Positions 43,588 through 53,825 of a DNA stretch of 64,000 nucleotides are shown here, piece after piece. The notes below the pieces were generated by a model. That model was not told the DNA's origin. It did no database searches and was given only the letters and a program-made list of their open reading frames with translations. The translations under genes were made by a program, and so were the position numbers. The stretch comes from Escherichia coli (GTDB lineage: Bacteria; Pseudomonadota; Gammaproteobacteria; Enterobacterales; Enterobacteriaceae). Every line of letters starts with the position of its first letter. The first letter of the stretch is position 1. The stretch lies in the NCBI RefSeq assembly GCF_003019035.1, contig NZ_CP027447.1. One strand, written 5' to 3'.

Positions 43588-43776
43588 ATGGTAGTCCCTT
43601 CTTCGCATGGAGGCAATATAAACATGCTGACGAAATATGCCCTTGTGGCAGTCATAGTGCTGTGTTTAACGGTGCTGGGATTTACGCTTCTGGTCGGCGA
43701 CTCGCTGTGTGAGTTTACGGTGAAGGAACGTAATATTGAGTTTAAGGCTGTTCTCGCTTACGAACCGAAGAAGTAG
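43588..43776 (+). CDS. mokE: mokE regulatory reading frame (N-terminally extended, in frame with hokE)
   Basis: An ATG at 43588 opens a 62-codon frame that contains hokE. This matches the arrangement in other chromosomal hok/mok loci. Confidence 0.5.
   Translation: MVVPSSHGGNINMLTKYALVAVIVLCLTVLGFTLLVGDSLCEFTVKERNIEFKAVLAYEPKK
43624..43776 (+). CDS. hokE: Hok-family type I toxin HokE
   Basis: 50-aa ORF ([50 protein letters not shown]) with a single TM helix and the conserved Hok C-terminal pattern. Confidence 0.9.
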   Translation: MLTKYALVAVIVLCLTVLGFTLLVGDSLCEFTVKERNIEFKAVLAYEPKK

Positions 43777-43897
43777 CCGTTGTGCGGGGAGCAATCCCCG
43801 CATATCCGGTTGTCAGGTCAGGATGGTAAGGCACCTGCTTTACACTTTCGCCCGTGGTCAGTGATGGCTGCGGGCGAATCGTACCAGATGTTGTCAA

Positions 43898-44518
43898 TTA
43901 ATCGTGTTGGCACAGCGTTATGACTATTTTTTCTTTTATCTGCCAGTGCACAGCAAACTGCTCATCCTCTAGTCGAATGATGATCTGCTGTTTATTCCAG
44001 CTAATTATCTGATAATCCAGAAAACCTTGAGCGGCCTGTATCTTGCTTGCCTTAAATGCGCTTTCTTTGGCGGAAAATGCCAGTGTCAGCGCCAGAGAAA
44101 AGGTTAAACCGCATTCTGCGAGTCGCTCGTGTTCTGCTGGTGTAATAATGTTGTCTGTCAATTCTCTTGCGGTTTGTACAGAGAAAATCTCTTCGATATC
44201 AATGCCAATCGGTTGACGAGATACCACGGCTAATGCCGTAGTCCCACAGTGACTAATGCTGCCGTATACCCCCGCAGGCCACACAGGTTGGCGTAGCTCG
44301 CCGATTGCGGGCACACATTTATAGCCATATTCCCGCAGCGCATAAACTGCAGCGATCCGTCCGGCTAAATGCTCTGTTTTACGTTTACGTCCAGCGTGTT
44401 GCAGTTGCGCGTAGTGTGGCAGCCAGAGTAAATCCTGCTCACAAAAACTCGCCGGATCAAACTCAACAAAATGCAGCGTATGTCCTACAAAGGGGAGGGC
44501 GGTATGCGTAGTTTTCAT
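43898..44518 (-). CDS. entD: 4'-phosphopantetheinyl transferase EntD
   Basis: The start MKTTHTALPF... gives 206 aa; an alternative ATG at 44527 gives 209 aa. The PPTase motif (GIDIE ... FSAKESAFK) is present. The 256-aa track ORF runs into REP sequences. Confidence 0.9.
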   Translation of the reverse strand: MKTTHTALPFVGHTLHFVEFDPASFCEQDLLWLPHYAQLQHAGRKRKTEHLAGRIAAVYALREYGYKCVPAIGELRQPVWPAGVYGSISHCGTTALAVVSRQPIGIDIEEIFSVQTARELTDNIITPAEHERLAECGLTFSLALTLAFSAKESAFKASKIQAAQGFLDYQIISWNKQQIIIRLEDEQFAVHWQIKEKIVITLCQHD

Positions 44519-44555
44519 GTCGACCATATTAGAGACTGATGACAAACGCAAAACT

Positions 44556-44653
44556 GCCTGATGCGCTACGCTTATCAGGCCTACGTGGTCCTGCAATATA
44601 TTGAATTGGCAAGATTTTTGTAGGCCGGATAAGGCGTTCACGCCGCATCCGGC
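44556..44653. repeat. BIME: two inverted REP (palindromic unit) elements between entD and fepA
   Basis: The two elements are gcctgatgcgctacgcttatcaggcctac (44556-44584) and gtaggccggataaggcgttcacgccgcatccggc (44620-44653), both matching the canonical E. coli REP consensus. Confidence 0.85.
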
Positions 44654-44692
44654 GTGAACGACGCGCACTTTGTCAACAATCTGACGTTAGCA

Positions 44693-46933
44693 TCAGAAGT
44701 GAGTATTAATGCTCATATACCACGTACGTCCCGGCTCGTTATAGGTATACGCGCCGGCACCGGCGATATAGTTGGCTCCTGCCAGATCGCCCGTGGTCTG
44801 GGCATTACCTGCACGCCACAAACGTTTGTCGAACAGGTTGTCCACGCCGCCGGTCAGACTGACATTCTTCGTCACATCCCAGGTCGCGCTCAGACCCACA
44901 ATGCTGTAAGGACTAATTTCTTTGGTTTCCGGGCCAACCGCTGGCTGACCTTTATAGTTGTATTTTTTCGGCTGCTGCTTGCCGTACCAGGTGAAGGTCG
45001 TTTGCATCGACAAATCTTCCCGTGCCTGCCAGCTCAGCGTTGAGTTCAACGTATATTCCGGGATGATCGACAAACGGTCGCCCGTGGTTTTGTTTTCACT
45101 CTTCAGCATATAAGTGATGTTATTGGTCCACATCACCGTTTCGCTAACCGGTACGTTTAACGATCCTTCCAGACCTTCAACCACCGCTTTCGGCACGTTA
45201 TCCCACTGATAGAGATCGGTGCCGACTGCGTTTTGCCCTACAGCCACATAGCCCGCTTCAATCTTATTGCGATAATCGTTACGGAACCAGGTGACGCCCG
45301 CCAGCCAGCCGTCGCGTTTGAACTCCAGACCAATCTCCTTGTTGATACTGGTTTCCGCTTTCAGGTCATCATTACCTTGCAGATAGCAGCCGCCCGCGCT
45401 GGCATAGCAACCCTGACCTTTACTGTAGAGAATGTAGTTCGGGTTAGTCTGGTACAGGCTCGGCGCTTTATAAGCACGGGCGATGCCCATTTTCAGCGTG
45501 AAGTCATCGCCTAAACCTTGCGATATGTTCAGCGCCGGGCTCCAGTTATTGCCGACTATACTGTGATGATCGAAACGCAGCCCCGGCGTTACGATGGTGC
45601 TGTCAGTCAGCTCCATGTTGTTTTCGGCAAACAGCGAGAAAATTTCTGCTTTTGAATACGGGCTACGGTCGGTGGCACTCACACCATCAATAGCGCCGCC
45701 GGTGTTCGTCCCGGTCAGCGCCTGGGTATTGGAACTCAAGTCCTTCATCCGCTGCTGATTCCACTCCGTACCCAGCGTCAGCGTCTGGTTAACGAGGAAA
45801 TCAATCGGCAGGTTAACTTCGCTATGCAGCATCACGTCATCGAGATCGATATCGACGAAATCCTGTGTCGCTTTTTCGTTAAATTTCCCTTCGGTACCGC
45901 CCGCCAGACCTTCCGGAATACGCGAGTTACGGGTGTGTTCGTACTGCACCCAGTTGCTGGTGGTCACGCCGTTATCCCAGCCACCGTTCCAGGTCAGCGC
46001 GTAGTTCTGGCGATACAGGCGGTTGGTTTCATCGCCATATTTCGAGCGAGTGTAAGCGTCAGAGTTGGTGTTCTGGGTATCGCCCGCATACAGGTTACCC
46101 TGGCGGCTGTAACCCGCTTCCAGTTCCAGCGATTGCAATGGTGCGAAGTCCCAGCGCACCACGCCGTTAATATCTTTATTGATCACCCCTTCGCGCCCGG
46201 CTGGTAACGTCGTGGCATACGTTCCGGCACGCGCGGACTGATGGCCTTGGTTGATATCCCACGCGTCAGCCTGGGTTTTGTCGAGGTTGCCATACAAGCG
46301 GAAGCTGAATTCGTCGCCCAGCGGACCGGTCAGGCTGAAGTTGGTGCGTTTGGTGGCACCTTCCTCTTTATGTTCTGGCGCATTGAAATAAGCATCCCAG
46401 GAGCCGTGCCACTCACCACTGCCTTTTTTGGTAATGATGTTAACCACGCCGCCCGCCGCGCCGTTGCCATAACGCGCAGCTGCCGGACCACGCAGAACTT
46501 CAATACGTTCAATCATTTCAGGTGGCACCCAGGAGGTATCACCACGGGTATCGCGCTCACCACGCCAGCCCTGACGCACCGAATTACGGCTGCTTACTGG
46601 CTTGCCGTCAATCAAAATCAGCGTGTTTTCCGGACCCATGCCGCGAATATCAATCTGGCGGTTATTACCACGCTGACCACTGGTGGAGTTACCGGTCAGG
46701 TTAACGCCTGGCATGGTACGGATGATCTCCGACACATCGCGGGCAACTGGGTTTTTGCGGATTTCATCTGCGGTGATGGTCGAAACGCCAGGCGCCTGTA
46801 AGTTCTGCTCAGCGGCGGTAACGACAATGGTATCGTCATGTGAAACAGGAGTATCGGTTGGCTCTTGTGCCTGTGCTACCCCATAAATCCCCAGATTGAC
46901 CAACAAGGCCAGGGAATGAATCTTCTTGTTCAT
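44693..46933 (-). CDS. fepA: TonB-dependent ferric enterobactin receptor FepA
   Basis: The start MNKKIHSLALLVNLG... gives 746 aa with a TonB box (DDTIVVTA) and a C-terminal ...NTHF. Confidence 0.96.
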   Translation of the reverse strand: MNKKIHSLALLVNLGIYGVAQAQEPTDTPVSHDDTIVVTAAEQNLQAPGVSTITADEIRKNPVARDVSEIIRTMPGVNLTGNSTSGQRGNNRQIDIRGMGPENTLILIDGKPVSSRNSVRQGWRGERDTRGDTSWVPPEMIERIEVLRGPAAARYGNGAAGGVVNIITKKGSGEWHGSWDAYFNAPEHKEEGATKRTNFSLTGPLGDEFSFRLYGNLDKTQADAWDINQGHQSARAGTYATTLPAGREGVINKDINGVVRWDFAPLQSLELEAGYSRQGNLYAGDTQNTNSDAYTRSKYGDETNRLYRQNYALTWNGGWDNGVTTSNWVQYEHTRNSRIPEGLAGGTEGKFNEKATQDFVDIDLDDVMLHSEVNLPIDFLVNQTLTLGTEWNQQRMKDLSSNTQALTGTNTGGAIDGVSATDRSPYSKAEIFSLFAENNMELTDSTIVTPGLRFDHHSIVGNNWSPALNISQGLGDDFTLKMGIARAYKAPSLYQTNPNYILYSKGQGCYASAGGCYLQGNDDLKAETSINKEIGLEFKRDGWLAGVTWFRNDYRNKIEAGYVAVGQNAVGTDLYQWDNVPKAVVEGLEGSLNVPVSETVMWTNNITYMLKSENKTTGDRLSIIPEYTLNSTLSWQAREDLSMQTTFTWYGKQQPKKYNYKGQPAVGPETKEISPYSIVGLSATWDVTKNVSLTGGVDNLFDKRLWRAGNAQTTGDLAGANYIAGAGAYTYNEPGRTWYMSINTHF

Positions 46934-47090
46934 TGTTTTATTCCTGCATTTTTGCCACGAATTGCAACTGTCGGGCATGGTCGTCATCAATACGACGCAC
47001 CCCGCTACCGCGAAAACCTTTGATCCTGAAAGACACGCAGTGCAGTTGGTTAATTAATGTCCGCGCTTCCCACGGCGCGCCATTACGCTA

Positions 47091-47135
47091 TTGCAAATGC
47101 AAATAGTTATCAATAATATTATCAATATATTTCTG
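47091..47135. promoter_or_regulatory. Fur-binding region of the fepA / fes-ybdZ-entF divergent promoters
   Basis: An AT-rich stretch with overlapping GATAAT-like hexamers (tgcaaatgcaaatagttatcaataatattatcaatat) lies between the two divergent iron-regulated operons. Confidence 0.65.
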
Positions 47136-47175
47136 CAATCAATAAAAAATTGCACAGTAAACATGGGGTTATGGT

Positions 47176-48378
47176 GTGACGGCGTTAAAAGTAGGAAGTG
47201 AGAGCTGGTGGCAGTCGAAACATGGCCCGGAATGGCAGCGTCTGAATGACGAAATGTTTGAGGTCACTTTCTGGTGGCGTGATCCCCAAGGTTCTGAAGA
47301 ATACTCGACGATAAAGCGCGTATGGGTCTACATCACTGGTGTGACCGATCACCATCAGAACAGCCAGCCCCAGTCGATGCAGCGAATTGCAGGCACCAAC
47401 GTCTGGCAGTGGACGACACAGCTCAATGCCAACTGGCGCGGCAGCTACTGCTTTATTCCCACCGAACGCGATGACATTTTTTCTGCACCATCCCCCGATC
47501 GCCTCGAATTACGTGAAGGCTGGCGAAAACTATTACCCCAGGCGATAGCCGATCCGCTGAATCCACAAAGCTGGAAAGGCGGGCGAGGGCACGCTGTTTC
47601 TGCACTCGAAATGCCGCAAGCGTCTCTGCAACCGGGATGGGATTGTCCGCAAGCGCCAGAAACGCCTGCCAAAGAAATTATCTGGAAAAGTGAACGGTTG
47701 AAAAATTCACGCCGTGTATGGATTTTTACCACCGGCGATGCAACAGCAGAAGAACGCCCGCTGGCAGTTTTGCTTGATGGTGAATTTTGGGCGCAGAGTA
47801 TGCCCGTCTGGCCTGCGCTAACTTCGCTGACCCATCGTCGGCAACTTCCTCCCGCCGTGTATGTGTTGATCGATGCTATCGACACCACGCACCGCGCCCA
47901 CGAACTGCCGTGTAATGCGGATTTCTGGCTGGCAGTACAGCAAGAGTTATTACCCCTGGTGAAAGCTATTGCCTCTTTTAGCGATCGCGCCGATCGCACC
48001 GTGGTCGCCGGGCAGAGTTTTGGTGGGCTTTCCGCGCTGTATGCCGGACTGCACTGGCCTGAACGCTTTGGCTGTGTATTAAGCCAGTCAGGATCGTACT
48101 GGTGGCCGCATCGGGGCGGGCAGCAAGAAGGTGCTTTACTTGAGCAACTTAAAGCTGGTCAAGTTAGTGCCGAAGGTCTGCGCATTGTGCTGGAAGCGGG
48201 TATTCGCGAGCCGATGATCATGCGGGCCAATCAGGCGCTGTATGCGCAATTACACCCCATAAAAGAATCCATTTTCTGGCGTCAGGTTGACGGCGGACAT
48301 GATGCGCTTTGTTGGCGCGGTGGCTTGATGCAGGGGCTAATCGACCTCTGGCAACCACTTTTCCATGACAGGAGTTGA
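47176..48378 (+). CDS. fes: enterochelin esterase Fes
   Basis: 400-aa ORF with a GTG start. Esterase motif GQSFGG is present. Recognised as Fes. Confidence 0.93.
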   Translation: MTALKVGSESWWQSKHGPEWQRLNDEMFEVTFWWRDPQGSEEYSTIKRVWVYITGVTDHHQNSQPQSMQRIAGTNVWQWTTQLNANWRGSYCFIPTERDDIFSAPSPDRLELREGWRKLLPQAIADPLNPQSWKGGRGHAVSALEMPQASLQPGWDCPQAPETPAKEIIWKSERLKNSRRVWIFTTGDATAEERPLAVLLDGEFWAQSMPVWPALTSLTHRRQLPPAVYVLIDAIDTTHRAHELPCNADFWLAVQQELLPLVKAIASFSDRADRTVVAGQSFGGLSALYAGLHWPERFGCVLSQSGSYWWPHRGGQQEGALLEQLKAGQVSAEGLRIVLEAGIREPMIMRANQALYAQLHPIKESIFWRQVDGGHDALCWRGGLMQGLIDLWQPLFHDRS

Positions 48379-48380
48379 AT

Positions 48381-48599
48381 ATGGCATTCAGTAATCCCTT
48401 CGATGATCCGCAGGGAGCGTTTTACATTTTGCGCAATGCGCAGGGGCAATTCAGTCTGTGGCCGCAACAATGCCTCTTACCGGCAGGCTGGGACATTGTG
48501 TGTCAGCCGCAGTCACAAGAGTCCTGCCAGCAGTGGCTGGAAGTCCACTGGCGTACTCTGACACCGGCGAATTTCACCCAGTTGCAGGAGGCACAATGA
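48381..48599 (+). CDS. ybdZ: MbtH-like protein YbdZ (EntF adenylation partner)
   Basis: The ATG at 48381 gives 72 aa. MbtH signature residues are present (NPFDD...SLWP...P.GW). The stop overlaps the entF start (ATGA). Confidence 0.93.
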   Translation: MAFSNPFDDPQGAFYILRNAQGQFSLWPQQCLLPAGWDIVCQPQSQESCQQWLEVHWRTLTPANFTQLQEAQ

Positions 48600-51500
48600 G
48601 CCAGCATTTACCTTTGGTCGCCGCACAGCCCGGCATCTGGATGGCAGAAAAACTGTCGGATTTACCCTCCGCCTGGAGCGTGGCGCATTACGTTGAGTTA
48701 ACCGGAGAGGTTGATGCGCCATTACTGGCCCGCGCGGTGGTTGCCGGATTAGCGCAAGCAGATACGCTGCGGATGCGTTTTACGGAAGATAACGGCGAAG
48801 TCTGGCAGTGGGTCGATGATGCGCTGACGTTCGAACTGCCAGAAATTATCGACCTGCGAACCAACATTGATCCGCACGGTACTGCGCGGGCATTAATGCA
48901 GGCGGATTTGCAACAAGATCTGCGCGTCGATAGCGGTAAACCACTGGTCTTTCATCAGTTGATACAGGTGGCGGATAACCGCTGGTACTGGTATCAGCGT
49001 TATCACCATTTGCTGGTCGATGGCTTCAGTTTCCCGGCCATTACCCGCCAGATCGCCAATATTTACTGCGCATGGCTGCGTGGCGAACCAACGCCTGCTT
49101 CGCCGTTTACGCCTTTCGCTGATGTAGTGGAAGAGTACCAGCAATACCGCGAAAGCGAAGCCTGGCAGCGTGATGCGGCATTCTGGGCGGAACAGCGTCG
49201 TCAATTGCCGCCGCCCGCGTCACTTTCTCCGGCACCTTTACCGGGGCGCAGCGCCTCGGCAGATATTCTACGCCTGAAACTGGAATTTACCGACGGGGAA
49301 TTCCGCCAGTTGGCTACGCAACTTTCAGGTGTGCAGCGTACCGATTTAGCCCTTGCGCTGGCGGCTTTGTGGCTGGGGCGATTGTGCAACCGCATGGACT
49401 ACGCTGCCGGATTTATCTTTATGCGTCGACTGGGCTCGGCGGCGCTGACGGCTACCGGACCCGTGCTCAACGTTTTGCCGTTGGGTATTCATATTGCGGC
49501 GCAAGAAACGCTGCCGGAACTGGCTACCCGACTGGCGGCTCAACTGAAAAAAATGCGTCGCCATCAACGTTACGATGCCGAACAAATTGTCCGTGACAGC
49601 GGGCGAGCGGCAGGTGATGAACCGCTGTTTGGTCCGGTACTCAATATCAAGGTATTTGATTACCAACTGGATATTCCTGATGTTCAGGCACAAACCCATA
49701 CCCTGGCTACCGGTCCGGTTAATGACCTTGAGCTGGCCCTGTTCCCGGATGAACACGGTGATTTGAGTATTGAGATCATCGCCAATAAACAGCGTTACGC
49801 TGAGCCAACGTTAATCCAGCATGCTGAACGCCTGAAAATGCTGATTGCCCAGTTCGCCGCGGATCCGGCGCTGTTGTGCGGCGATGTCGATATTATGCTG
49901 CCAGGTGAATATGTGCAGCTGGCGCAGATCAACGCCACTCAGGTTGAGATTCCAGAAACCACGCTGAGCGCGCTGGTGGCAGAAAAAGCGGCAAAAACAC
50001 CGGATGCTCCGGCGCTGGCAGATGCGCGCTACCAGTTCAGCTATCGGGAAATGCGCGAGCAGGTAGTGGCGCTGGCAAATCTCCTGCGTGAGCGTGGCGT
50101 TAAACCGGGCGACAGCGTAGCGGTGGCGCTACCGCGCTCGGTCTTTTTGACTCTGGCGCTACATGCAATTGTTGAGGCTGGTGCGGCCTGGTTACCGCTG
50201 GATACCGGCTATCCGGACGATCGCCTGAAAATGATGCTGGAAGATGCGCGTCCGTCGCTGTTAATCACCACCGACGATCAACTGCCGCGCTTTAGCGATA
50301 TCCCCAATTTAACCAGCCTTTGCTATAACGCCCCGCTTACACCGCAGGGCAGTGCGCCGCTGAAACTTTCACAACCGCACCACACGGCTTATATCATCTT
50401 TACCTCTGGCTCCACCGGCAGGCCGAAAGGGGTAATGGTCGGGCAGACGGCTATCGTTAACCGCCTGCTTTGGATGCAAAACCACTACCCGCTTACAGGC
50501 GAAGATGTCGTTGCCCAAAAAACGCCGTGCAGTTTTGATGTCTCGGTGTGGGAGTTTTTCTGGCCGTTTATTGCCGGGGCTAAACTGGTGATGGCTGAAC
50601 CGGAAGCGCACCGCGACCCGCTCGCTATGCAGCAATTCTTTGCCGAATATGGTGTAACGACCACGCACTTTGTGCCGTCGATGCTGGCGGCATTTGTTGC
50701 ATCGCTGACGCCGCAAACCGCTCGTCAGAATTGCGCGACGTTGAAACAGGTTTTCTGTAGTGGTGAGGCCTTACCGGCTGATTTATGCCGCGAATGGCAA
50801 CAGTTAACCGGCGCGCCGTTGCATAATCTATATGGCCCGACGGAAGCGGCGGTAGATGTCAGTTGGTATCCGGCTTTTGGCGAGGAACTGGCAGAGGTGC
50901 GCGGCAGCAGTGTGCCGATTGGTTATCCGGTGTGGAATACGGGCCTGCGCATTCTCGATGCGATGATGCATCCGGTGCCGCCGGGTGTGGCGGGAGATCT
51001 CTATCTCACCGGTATTCAACTGGCGCAGGGGTATCTTGGACGACCCGATCTGACCGCCAGCCGCTTTATTGCCGATCCTTTTGCCCCAGGTGAACGGATG
51101 TACCGTACCGGCGATGTGGCCCGCTGGCTGGATAACGGCGCAGTGGAGTACCTCGGGCGCAGTGACGATCAGCTAAAAATTCGCGGGCAGCGTATCGAAC
51201 TGGGCGAAATTGATCGCGTGATGCAGGCGCTGCCGGATGTCGAACAAGCCGTTACCCACGCCTGTGTGATTAACCAGGCGGCAGCCACTGGTGGTGATGC
51301 GCGTCAGTTGGTGGGCTATCTGGTGTCGCAATCAGGTCTGCCGTTGGATACCAGCGCATTACAGGCGCAGCTTCGTGAAACATTGCCACCACATATGGTA
51401 CCGGTGGTTCTGCTGCAACTTCCACAGTTACCACTTAGCGCCAACGGCAAGCTGGATCGCAAAGCCTTACCGTTGCCTGAACTGAAGGCACAAGCGCCGG

Positions 51501-52477
51501 GGCGTGCGCCGAAAGCGGGCAGTGAAACGATTATCGCCGCGGCATTCTCGTCGTTGCTGGGTTGTGACGTGCAGGATGCCGATGCTGATTTCTTTGCGCT
51601 TGGCGGTCATTCGCTACTGGCAATGAAACTGGCAGCGCAGTTAAGTCGGCAGTTTGCCCGTCAGGTGACGCCGGGTCAGGTGATGGTTGCGTCAACTGTC
51701 GCCAAACTGTCAACGATTATTGATGGTGAAGAAGACAGCACCCAGCGCATGGGATTCGAAGCCATTCTGCCGTTGCGTGAAGGTAATGGCCCGACGCTGT
51801 TTTGTTTCCATCCGGCCTCCGGTTTTGCCTGGCAGTTCAGCGTGCTCTCGCGTTATCTCGATCCACAATGGTCGATTATCGGCATTCAGTCGCCGCGCCC
51901 TCATGGCCCCATGCAGACGGCGGCAAACCTGGATGAAGTCTGCGAAGCGCATCTGGCAACGTTACTTGAACAACAACCGCACGGCCCATATTACCTGCTG
52001 GGTTATTCACTTGGCGGTACGCTGGCGCAGGGTATTGCGGCGCGGCTGCGTGCCCGTGGCGAACAGGTGGCATTTCTTGGCTTGCTGGATACCTGGCCGC
52101 CAGAAACGCAAAACTGGCAGGAAAAAGAGGCTAATGGCCTGGACCCGGAAGTGCTGGCGGAGATTAACCGCGAGCGCGAGGCCTTCCTGGCGGCACAGCA
52201 GGGAAGTACTTCAACGGAGTTGTTTACCACCATTGAAGGCAACTACGCTGATGCTGTGCGCCTGCTGACGACTGCTCATAGCGTACCGTTTGAAGGTAAA
52301 GCGACGCTGTTTGTTGCTGAACGCACGCTTCAGGAAGGTATGAATCCCGAACGCGCCTGGTCGCCGTGGATTACGGAGCTGGATATCTATCGTCAGGATT
52401 GTGCGCATGTGGATATTATCTCGCCGATGGCGTTTGAAAAAATAGGGCCGATTATTCGTGCGACGCTAAATAAGTAA
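48596..52477 (+). CDS. entF: enterobactin NRPS EntF (C-A-T-TE; serine-activating)
   Basis: The start MSQHLPLVAAQPG... gives 1293 aa. Domain motifs are HHLLVDGFS (C), TSGSTGRPKG (A), the GGHSL carrier Ser, and GYSLGG (TE). The track start at 48458 lies inside ybdZ. Confidence 0.96.
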   Translation: MSQHLPLVAAQPGIWMAEKLSDLPSAWSVAHYVELTGEVDAPLLARAVVAGLAQADTLRMRFTEDNGEVWQWVDDALTFELPEIIDLRTNIDPHGTARALMQADLQQDLRVDSGKPLVFHQLIQVADNRWYWYQRYHHLLVDGFSFPAITRQIANIYCAWLRGEPTPASPFTPFADVVEEYQQYRESEAWQRDAAFWAEQRRQLPPPASLSPAPLPGRSASADILRLKLEFTDGEFRQLATQLSGVQRTDLALALAALWLGRLCNRMDYAAGFIFMRRLGSAALTATGPVLNVLPLGIHIAAQETLPELATRLAAQLKKMRRHQRYDAEQIVRDSGRAAGDEPLFGPVLNIKVFDYQLDIPDVQAQTHTLATGPVNDLELALFPDEHGDLSIEIIANKQRYAEPTLIQHAERLKMLIAQFAADPALLCGDVDIMLPGEYVQLAQINATQVEIPETTLSALVAEKAAKTPDAPALADARYQFSYREMREQVVALANLLRERGVKPGDSVAVALPRSVFLTLALHAIVEAGAAWLPLDTGYPDDRLKMMLEDARPSLLITTDDQLPRFSDIPNLTSLCYNAPLTPQGSAPLKLSQPHHTAYIIFTSGSTGRPKGVMVGQTAIVNRLLWMQNHYPLTGEDVVAQKTPCSFDVSVWEFFWPFIAGAKLVMAEPEAHRDPLAMQQFFAEYGVTTTHFVPSMLAAFVASLTPQTARQNCATLKQVFCSGEALPADLCREWQQLTGAPLHNLYGPTEAAVDVSWYPAFGEELAEVRGSSVPIGYPVWNTGLRILDAMMHPVPPGVAGDLYLTGIQLAQGYLGRPDLTASRFIADPFAPGERMYRTGDVARWLDNGAVEYLGRSDDQLKIRGQRIELGEIDRVMQALPDVEQAVTHACVINQAAATGGDARQLVGYLVSQSGLPLDTSALQAQLRETLPPHMVPVVLLQLPQLPLSANGKLDRKALPLPELKAQAPGRAPKAGSETIIAAAFSSLLGCDVQDADADFFALGGHSLLAMKLAAQLSRQFARQVTPGQVMVASTVAKLSTIIDGEEDSTQRMGFEAILPLREGNGPTLFCFHPASGFAWQFSVLSRYLDPQWSIIGIQSPRPHGPMQTAANLDEVCEAHLATLLEQQPHGPYYLLGYSLGGTLAQGIAARLRARGEQVAFLGLLDTWPPETQNWQEKEANGLDPEVLAEINREREAFLAAQQGSTSTELFTTIEGNYADAVRLLTTAHSVPFEGKATLFVAERTLQEGMNPERAWSPWITELDIYRQDCAHVDIISPMAFEKIGPIIRATLNK

Positions 52478-52492
52478 ATTTATATTATCTAT

Positions 52493-52535
52493 AAACCCAT
52501 AATTACAATAAATGATTATGGGTTTATTATTTATT
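52493..52535 (+). terminator. Rho-independent terminator after entF
   Basis: Arms aaacccataat (52493-52503) and attatgggttt (52515-52525) are followed by a T-rich tract. Confidence 0.75.
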
Positions 52536-52691
52536 TAATTTATCAATTTAACGGATATTTCTCTGAAATAGAGTGAATGTTGCATTCAGTGGGAGGAATT
52601 TACAAACTTCAGCTTCGGATAAATCTCACCAACTGGTAAAGTGGGGGCCGTGGAGATTTACTCTTATTGGACCCATTTCAGGTTATATCGC

Positions 52692-53825
52692 ATGTCATCA
52701 CTGAATATTAAACAGGGAAGTGACGCTCATTTTCCCGAGTATCCTCTGGCGTCGCCCAGTAATAATGAAATTGATTTACTTAATCTAATCGACGTTTTAT
52801 GGCGGGCAAAAAAAACGGTCATGGCGGTCGTTTTTGCGTTTGCCTGCACAGGATTGCTGATCTCTTTCATCCTGCCGCAAAAATGGACCAGCTCCGCCGT
52901 CATTACTCCCGCAGAGGCTATTCAGTGGCAGGACCTGGAGAAAAACTTTACTAAACTGCGCGTTCTGGATCTTGATGTTAATCTCGATCGTAATGGAGTA
53001 TTTAATCTATTTATCAAGAAGTTTCAGTCTATTAGCTTACTGGAAGAGTACCTGCGCTCATCACCTTATGTGATGGACCAATTAAAAGAGGCGAAAATCG
53101 ACGAACTGGATTTGCATCGCGCTATCGTCGCATTGAGCGAAAAAATGAAAGCGGTTGATGACAATGCCAGTAAGAAAAAAGATGAACCGTCACTGTATAC
53201 CTCCTGGACGCTAAGTTTCACCGCGCCAACCAGTGAAGAGGCGCAGACCGTTTTGAGCGGGTATATCGATTATATCTCTGCGTTGGTGGTGAAAGAGTCG
53301 CTAGAAAACGTCCGTAATAAACTGGAGATCAAAACCCAGTTTGAAAAAGAAAAACTGGCTCAGGATCGCATTAAAACGAAAAATCAACTTGATGCAAACA
53401 TTCAGCGCCTCAATTATTCACTCGACATTGCCAACGCGGCAGGAATTAAAAAGCCCGTATACAGTAATGGTCAGGCCGTTAAAGATGACCCCGATTTCTC
53501 TATTTCTCTCGGTGCAGACGGTATTGAACGCAAACTGGAAATTGAAAAAGCGGTTACTGACGTTGCGGAATTGAACGGTGAATTACGTAATCGTCAGTAT
53601 CTTGTTGAGCAGCTAACAAAAGCAAATATCAACGATGTGAATTTTACACCGTTTAAATATCAGTTAAGACCGTCATTGCCAGTGAAAAAAGACGGTCCGG
53701 GTAAGGCGATTATTGTGATCCTTTCTGCGATGATCGGCGGGATGGTGGCTTGTGGTGGCGTGCTGTTGCGCCATGCGATGGCATCCAGAAAACAGGATGC
53801 CGTGATGGAAGAGCACTTAGTTTAA
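52692..53825 (+). CDS. fepE: polysaccharide co-polymerase (Wzz family) FepE
   Basis: The start MSSLNIKQGSD... gives 377 aa. The PCP topology has N- and C-terminal TM helices and a long coiled periplasmic region. Confidence 0.93.
   Translation: MSSLNIKQGSDAHFPEYPLASPSNNEIDLLNLIDVLWRAKKTVMAVVFAFACTGLLISFILPQKWTSSAVITPAEAIQWQDLEKNFTKLRVLDLDVNLDRNGVFNLFIKKFQSISLLEEYLRSSPYVMDQLKEAKIDELDLHRAIVALSEKMKAVDDNASKKKDEPSLYTSWTLSFTAPTSEEAQTVLSGYIDYISALVVKESLENVRNKLEIKTQFEKEKLAQDRIKTKNQLDANIQRLNYSLDIANAAGIKKPVYSNGQAVKDDPDFSISLGADGIERKLEIEKAVTDVAELNGELRNRQYLVEQLTKANINDVNFTPFKYQLRPSLPVKKDGPGKAIIVILSAMIGGMVACGGVLLRHAMASRKQDAVMEEHLV

Noticed and set aside
43524-43712. 62-aa ORF ([17 protein letters not shown]...) overlapping the hokE leader and the hokE 5' half in another frame.
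   Set aside because: It lies in the region known to function as structured hok mRNA leader and Sok target. It has no SD or recognisable domain, so the hok/mok frame explains the locus.
48458-48595. N-terminal extensions in the ORF track: entF from 48458, entD to 44668, fepC to 54778, fepA to 46990, sfmC from 5655, sfmF from 9937, ybdF to 41795, nfsB to 41264, ybcJ to 3722 and pheP from 37725.
   Set aside because: The extensions overlap upstream genes, REP elements or Fur boxes. Internal starts reproduce the known protein N-termini and lengths and have better SD spacing or translational-coupling overlaps.
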